A DNA stretch of 29,653 bases. It comes from Rhodothermales bacterium. Its GTDB lineage: Bacteria; Bacteroidota; Rhodothermia; Rhodothermales; VXPQ01. The notes beneath the pieces were generated by a model. That model had not been told where the DNA came from, made no database searches, and worked only from the letters and a program-made list of their open reading frames with translations. The number at the start of each line of letters is the position of its first letter. The first letter of the stretch is position 1. The DNA lies in NCBI GenBank assembly GCA_040904565.1, contig JBBDTI010000056.1:1-29653 (forward strand), read 5' to 3'. This document shows positions 26,204 through 29,653 of the stretch, one piece after another. Made by a program: the position numbers and the translations under genes.

Positions 26204-27046
26204 ATGCGAACCTACCTCAGCGCTTTTCTCACCCTACTTCTTCTCTTCGCCGCTTCGCCCACCGAAAGTGAGGCGCAGGACCTGCCCAAGCTGTACGTAC
26301 CCTATCTCGCCGATGAGCCGACGATCGACGGAGACCTGGAGGAATGGAAGCGGGCCGCCCACCACGACGGGGTGTGGGACATCTACCGCCTGCGGCATGC
26401 GTCCTGGTACGACGGGGGCGCGCGCAACCGGCTGACCGACCAGGCCGCTAACGAGCCGCCTCCGGAAGACGACCTCCGCGCACGATATTACATGGCGTGG
26501 GACGAGGAATATCTCTACTTCGGTGCCGAGGTCGTGGACAACGTCAACGACGTGGACGACCCCAATCACGCCCCTCGGCGGTGGATGTACAAGGACGCCA
26601 TCTGCTGGTATATGGAGGTCCCCAGGGACGACGCGCCGGAATGGTTCGAACGCGGTGACAATGCATTCTGCTTCGTAGCTGACGCGTCGATGCCGGATTA
26701 CGGCGCCTGGTGGCGCTACGGTACGCCGACGGACACCTACCAGGAGGCGCCGATGCCGTCCGATGCCGTCGACTATGCACTGACGTTCGATCCGTGGGGA
26801 ACCGGAGAAGCCGATTTTATCCTCGAAGCGCGCGTACGCATGGACGCTTTCTTCCCCATCAGCGAGCCCCGGTGGGAGCCGCCCATCAATGGGGATGAGT
26901 ACAGCCTGATGATCGTGCATACCGATCCCGACGGCGGCGCCTACGGCGGCCATTTCATGGTTTACGGGGATGGAGACGACGACTCCACGTGGAGCCGTGT
27001 CATTCTCGTCGGCGAACAGGATTCCATCGAACGGCGGCCCGAATAG
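26204..27046 (+). CDS. Secreted CBM9-like/DOMON-type sugar-binding protein
   Basis: Signal MRTYLSAFLTLLLLFAASPTESEA-Q from ATG 26204 (280 aa). CBM9-like PTIDGDLEEW and YMAWDEEYLYFGAEVVD. Confidence 0.72.
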   Translation: MRTYLSAFLTLLLLFAASPTESEAQDLPKLYVPYLADEPTIDGDLEEWKRAAHHDGVWDIYRLRHASWYDGGARNRLTDQAANEPPPEDDLRARYYMAWDEEYLYFGAEVVDNVNDVDDPNHAPRRWMYKDAICWYMEVPRDDAPEWFERGDNAFCFVADASMPDYGAWWRYGTPTDTYQEAPMPSDAVDYALTFDPWGTGEADFILEARVRMDAFFPISEPRWEPPINGDEYSLMIVHTDPDGGAYGGHFMVYGDGDDDSTWSRVILVGEQDSIERRPE

Positions 27047-27117
27047 GCCCCCGGACCATGCCGGGAATCGTCGGTTCATCCCCGACACGTTCAACCTTCA
27101 CACACAAACCGACGCAC

Positions 27118-28548
27118 ATGGAGCCGACACCCACGAGCTCGCTGGCCGAGCGGTTAGACGCGATCAATGAGTTCGACCGCGAACCGGTCTCGGAAGAGCG
27201 CCTGCAGGGCCCCGGCAATTTCATCGGGCTCTATGCGGGAGAGCACGTTGCGGGGACCGAGTTCGTCATCGGCCCGCTATTCGTCGCCCACGGCGTGGCG
27301 GCGGGGGATCTCCTGCTCGGACTGCTCGTCGGCAATCTGCTCGCCGTTCTATCCTGGGCCTTTTTATGTGCGCCCATCGCCACGAAGACGCGGCTGAACC
27401 TCTACTGGCATCTTCGAAAGATCGCCGGACCGAACCTCGTGTTCGTATACAACATCGTCAACGCCCTCATGTTTTGCTTCCTGGCGGGGTCGATGATTTC
27501 CGTTGCGGCGACCGCCGTCGGCATTCCGTTCGATATGCCCATGCCCGGATTGAACGACCTGTACCCGAGCAGCGTTGCCTGGGTCGTGACCGTTCTCCTG
27601 GTCGGCAGCGTCGTGACGATCCTGGCGATTCTCGGCTTCGAAAAGATCGCCCAGTTTTCGAAGATCGCCTCGCCCTGGCTCTTCGTCGTTTTTCTTGCAA
27701 GCGGAATCGCCGTGCTGCCGCAGCTCGGTGTGCATTCGATAGGCGACTTCTGGAGCGTCGCGAACGAGAGGATCTGGACCGGTGTGCCGGTAGAGGGGCG
27801 CGTCAAGTTTACATTCTGGCACGTCACGTTCTTTGCCTGGTTCGCCAACATGGCCATGCATATCGGGATGGCGGACATGACGATCCTGCGCTACGCCAGA
27901 AAGTGGCAGTATGGGTTCGCGAGTGCGTTCGGCATGTACCTGGGCCATTACGTCGCATGGGTCGCGTCGGGTATTCTCGTCGCCCTCGCGCTGCAGATGG
28001 GTGGAGAAGTCACGCCGGGACCCATCGCCTACCTCGGAGCAGGGGTAGCCGGACTCATCGCCGTCCTCATTGCCGGCTGGACGACGGCGAATCCAACCAT
28101 CTACCGCGCCGGTATCGCCATGCAGACCGTCACGCCGAACTGGAAGCGCTGGAAGGTGACGCTGGCCGTCGGCGCCATCACGACGGTCGCGGCCCTCTTT
28201 CCCGCGCTGATGATGCGGCTGCTGGATTTCGTGGCGCTCTACGGGCTGCTCCTCATGCCGATGGGAGCGGTCATCTTTGCGGATTTCTGGATTCTTCCCA
28301 GGATGGGACTCCGGTCCTATTTTGCGGAGTGGAAACACCTGGCCTTTAGCTTGCCGGCCGCACTCGCCTGGGGTGTTACGCTCGGTGCGTGTTGGCTCAT
28401 GAATGCGCTCTGGGGATGGCAGATATTCTTTCTCGGACTGCCGGGATGGTTTGTCGCCATCGGCATCTACGTCGGCGTTAGCCTCTATCAACAGCGGGAC
28501 GAACGCGGGACCGCACGCTCACTACACACCGAATCCACGAACGCCTGA
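27118..28548 (+). CDS. Purine-cytosine permease-like (NCS1/APC fold) transporter
   Basis: About 12 hydrophobic segments. EFDREPV, GEHVAGTEFVIG, DMTILRYA and GWTTANPTIYRAG. Start placed at ATG 27118 (476 aa). Confidence 0.8.
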   Translation: MEPTPTSSLAERLDAINEFDREPVSEERLQGPGNFIGLYAGEHVAGTEFVIGPLFVAHGVAAGDLLLGLLVGNLLAVLSWAFLCAPIATKTRLNLYWHLRKIAGPNLVFVYNIVNALMFCFLAGSMISVAATAVGIPFDMPMPGLNDLYPSSVAWVVTVLLVGSVVTILAILGFEKIAQFSKIASPWLFVVFLASGIAVLPQLGVHSIGDFWSVANERIWTGVPVEGRVKFTFWHVTFFAWFANMAMHIGMADMTILRYARKWQYGFASAFGMYLGHYVAWVASGILVALALQMGGEVTPGPIAYLGAGVAGLIAVLIAGWTTANPTIYRAGIAMQTVTPNWKRWKVTLAVGAITTVAALFPALMMRLLDFVALYGLLLMPMGAVIFADFWILPRMGLRSYFAEWKHLAFSLPAALAWGVTLGACWLMNALWGWQIFFLGLPGWFVAIGIYVGVSLYQQRDERGTARSLHTESTNA

Positions 28549-28554
28549 ACCGGT

Positions 28555-28755
28555 ATGAATATATTCTGGAAGGTACTGTCGGCCTTCGGGATCGGCCTTA
28601 CGGTCCTCCCATCGTTTTTTGTGTTTGCCGGATCGATCTCGTGGCAGACGCACGCGAATCTGATGCTGGCCGGTACCGTCCTCTGGTTTGCGACGGCCCC
28701 GCTGTGGATGGAAGGCACGACACAGGCTCCCGCGACCGATATCGATCCGAATTAG
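28555..28755 (+). CDS. Small two-helix membrane protein, putative transporter partner
   Basis: 66 aa with two hydrophobic segments. Sits 6 bp after the permease stop and 8 bp before the next ATG. Confidence 0.72.
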   Translation: MNIFWKVLSAFGIGLTVLPSFFVFAGSISWQTHANLMLAGTVLWFATAPLWMEGTTQAPATDIDPN

Positions 28756-28763
28756 ACGCCGAG

Positions 28764-29653
28764 ATGATGCTGACCGACGACGCCATCCACCAGGCAAACG
28801 ACGAGGCGCTGGAGGCGCACCAGCGCGATTTCGAGCATTTGGCCGAACGGCTCGAACGCAGACACGTCGATATAGAGACCGTAACGGACCGCGTCACGGC
28901 CTTCGAAGTGGCCGTACCCTCGTGGGCCCTTGGTACCGGCGGCACGCGCTTCGGCCGGTTTCCCGGCCGTGGAGAGCCGCGAGACATCTACGAGAAGATG
29001 AACGACGTCGCGGTCATCAACCAGCTCACACGGGCGACGCCCCGCGTATCGCTCCATATTCCGTGGGATGAACCGGAGAATCCGGCCTCGCTGCGTGCCC
29101 ATGCGAGCGAGCTGGAGCTCGGATTCGACGCGGTCAATTCCAACACCTTCCAGGACCAGGCCGAGCAGGCGCTGAGCTATAAGTTCGGCGCGGTCGGACA
29201 CGTAGACGCCGACGTGCGGCGCCAGGCGATCGATCATATACGCCACGTGGTGGACGTCGGGGAGCGGCTCGGATCCGATGCCATCACCATCTGGCTGGTC
29301 GACGGTGGCAACTATCCCGGCCAGACGAACCTCCGCAAGATGTTCGAACGCGTTCGGGCCGGGCTGAAGAGTGCCTACGACGACATGCCGTCTGACTGGA
29401 CGATGCTCATCGAGCACAAGCCCTTCGAGCCGGCGTTCTATGCGACGGTGGTGGCGGACTGGGGCTCGTCGCTCATGCTGGCCCAGGCCGTCGGCGCACG
29501 TGCCGAATGCCTGGTCGACCTCGGCCACCATCTTCCCAACACGAATATCGAGCAGGTCGTAGCACGCCTCATCACGGCCGAAAAACTCGGCGGCTTCCAC
29601 TTCAATGACTCGAAGTACGGCGACGACGACCTTACGGCCGGATCGATCAAGCC
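28764..29653 (+). CDS. rhaI: L-rhamnose isomerase (RhaI type); 3' end runs off the window
   Basis: Missed by the track because there is no stop. Manual translation: MMLTDDAIHQAN...VAVPSWALGTGGTRFGRFPGRGEPR...SLHIPWD...NSNTFQD...EHKPFEP...LVDLGHH...GGFHFNDSKYGDDDL. Confidence 0.92.
   Translation, partial: MMLTDDAIHQANDEALEAHQRDFEHLAERLERRHVDIETVTDRVTAFEVAVPSWALGTGGTRFGRFPGRGEPRDIYEKMNDVAVINQLTRATPRVSLHIPWDEPENPASLRAHASELELGFDAVNSNTFQDQAEQALSYKFGAVGHVDADVRRQAIDHIRHVVDVGERLGSDAITIWLVDGGNYPGQTNLRKMFERVRAGLKSAYDDMPSDWTMLIEHKPFEPAFYATVVADWGSSLMLAQAVGARAECLVDLGHHLPNTNIEQVVARLITAEKLGGFHFNDSKYGDDDLTAGSIK

Noticed and set aside
14008-28491. Long antisense ORFs (e.g. 14008-15510, 17011-18117, 19062-20402, 22623-23852, 27364-28491)
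   Set aside because: Typical stop-poor antisense frames of high-GC genes, with no family motifs.
28752-29600. 282-aa minus-strand ORF
   Set aside because: Antisense shadow of the plus-strand L-rhamnose isomerase.

Overview
High-GC bacterial window (roughly 60-65% by eye). Gene content and mostly weak Shine-Dalgarno signals suggest a Rhodothermota/Bacteroidota-like organism, which is inference only. Almost the whole window is a sugar-oxidation gene cluster with no recognisable classical glycoside hydrolase. It holds three Gfo/Idh/MocA oxidoreductases (two with Tat signals), five DUF1080 (3-keto-glycoside lyase/hydrolase-like) domains in three proteins, and two paralogous PQQ/GSDH-type beta-propeller dehydrogenases with CBM6-like tails (one fused to ThuA and PKD). 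One DUF1080 protein is an unusual FG-GAP propeller + 3xDUF1080 fusion. Also present are a xylose-isomerase-like TIM barrel, an aldo/keto reductase, an SDR, a CehA/McbA-like metallohydrolase, a CBM9-like protein, an FGE-fold protein, YdcF, and GntP, DMT and NCS1-like transporters. Two edge genes missed by the ORF track were read manually: ApbE (minus strand, left edge) and L-rhamnose isomerase (plus strand, right edge). The best overall interpretation is an expanded, largely extracytoplasmic oxidation/elimination (3-ketoglycoside) pathway feeding rhamnose or sugar-acid catabolism. Notable DNA-level features are a probable head-to-head overlap of the apbE and FGE-like signal peptides, an (ACCAGC)10 microsatellite in a divergent promoter region, and unrelated short tandem repeats in many intergenic leaders. 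No rRNA, bona fide tRNA, CRISPR array or mobile element was recognised.
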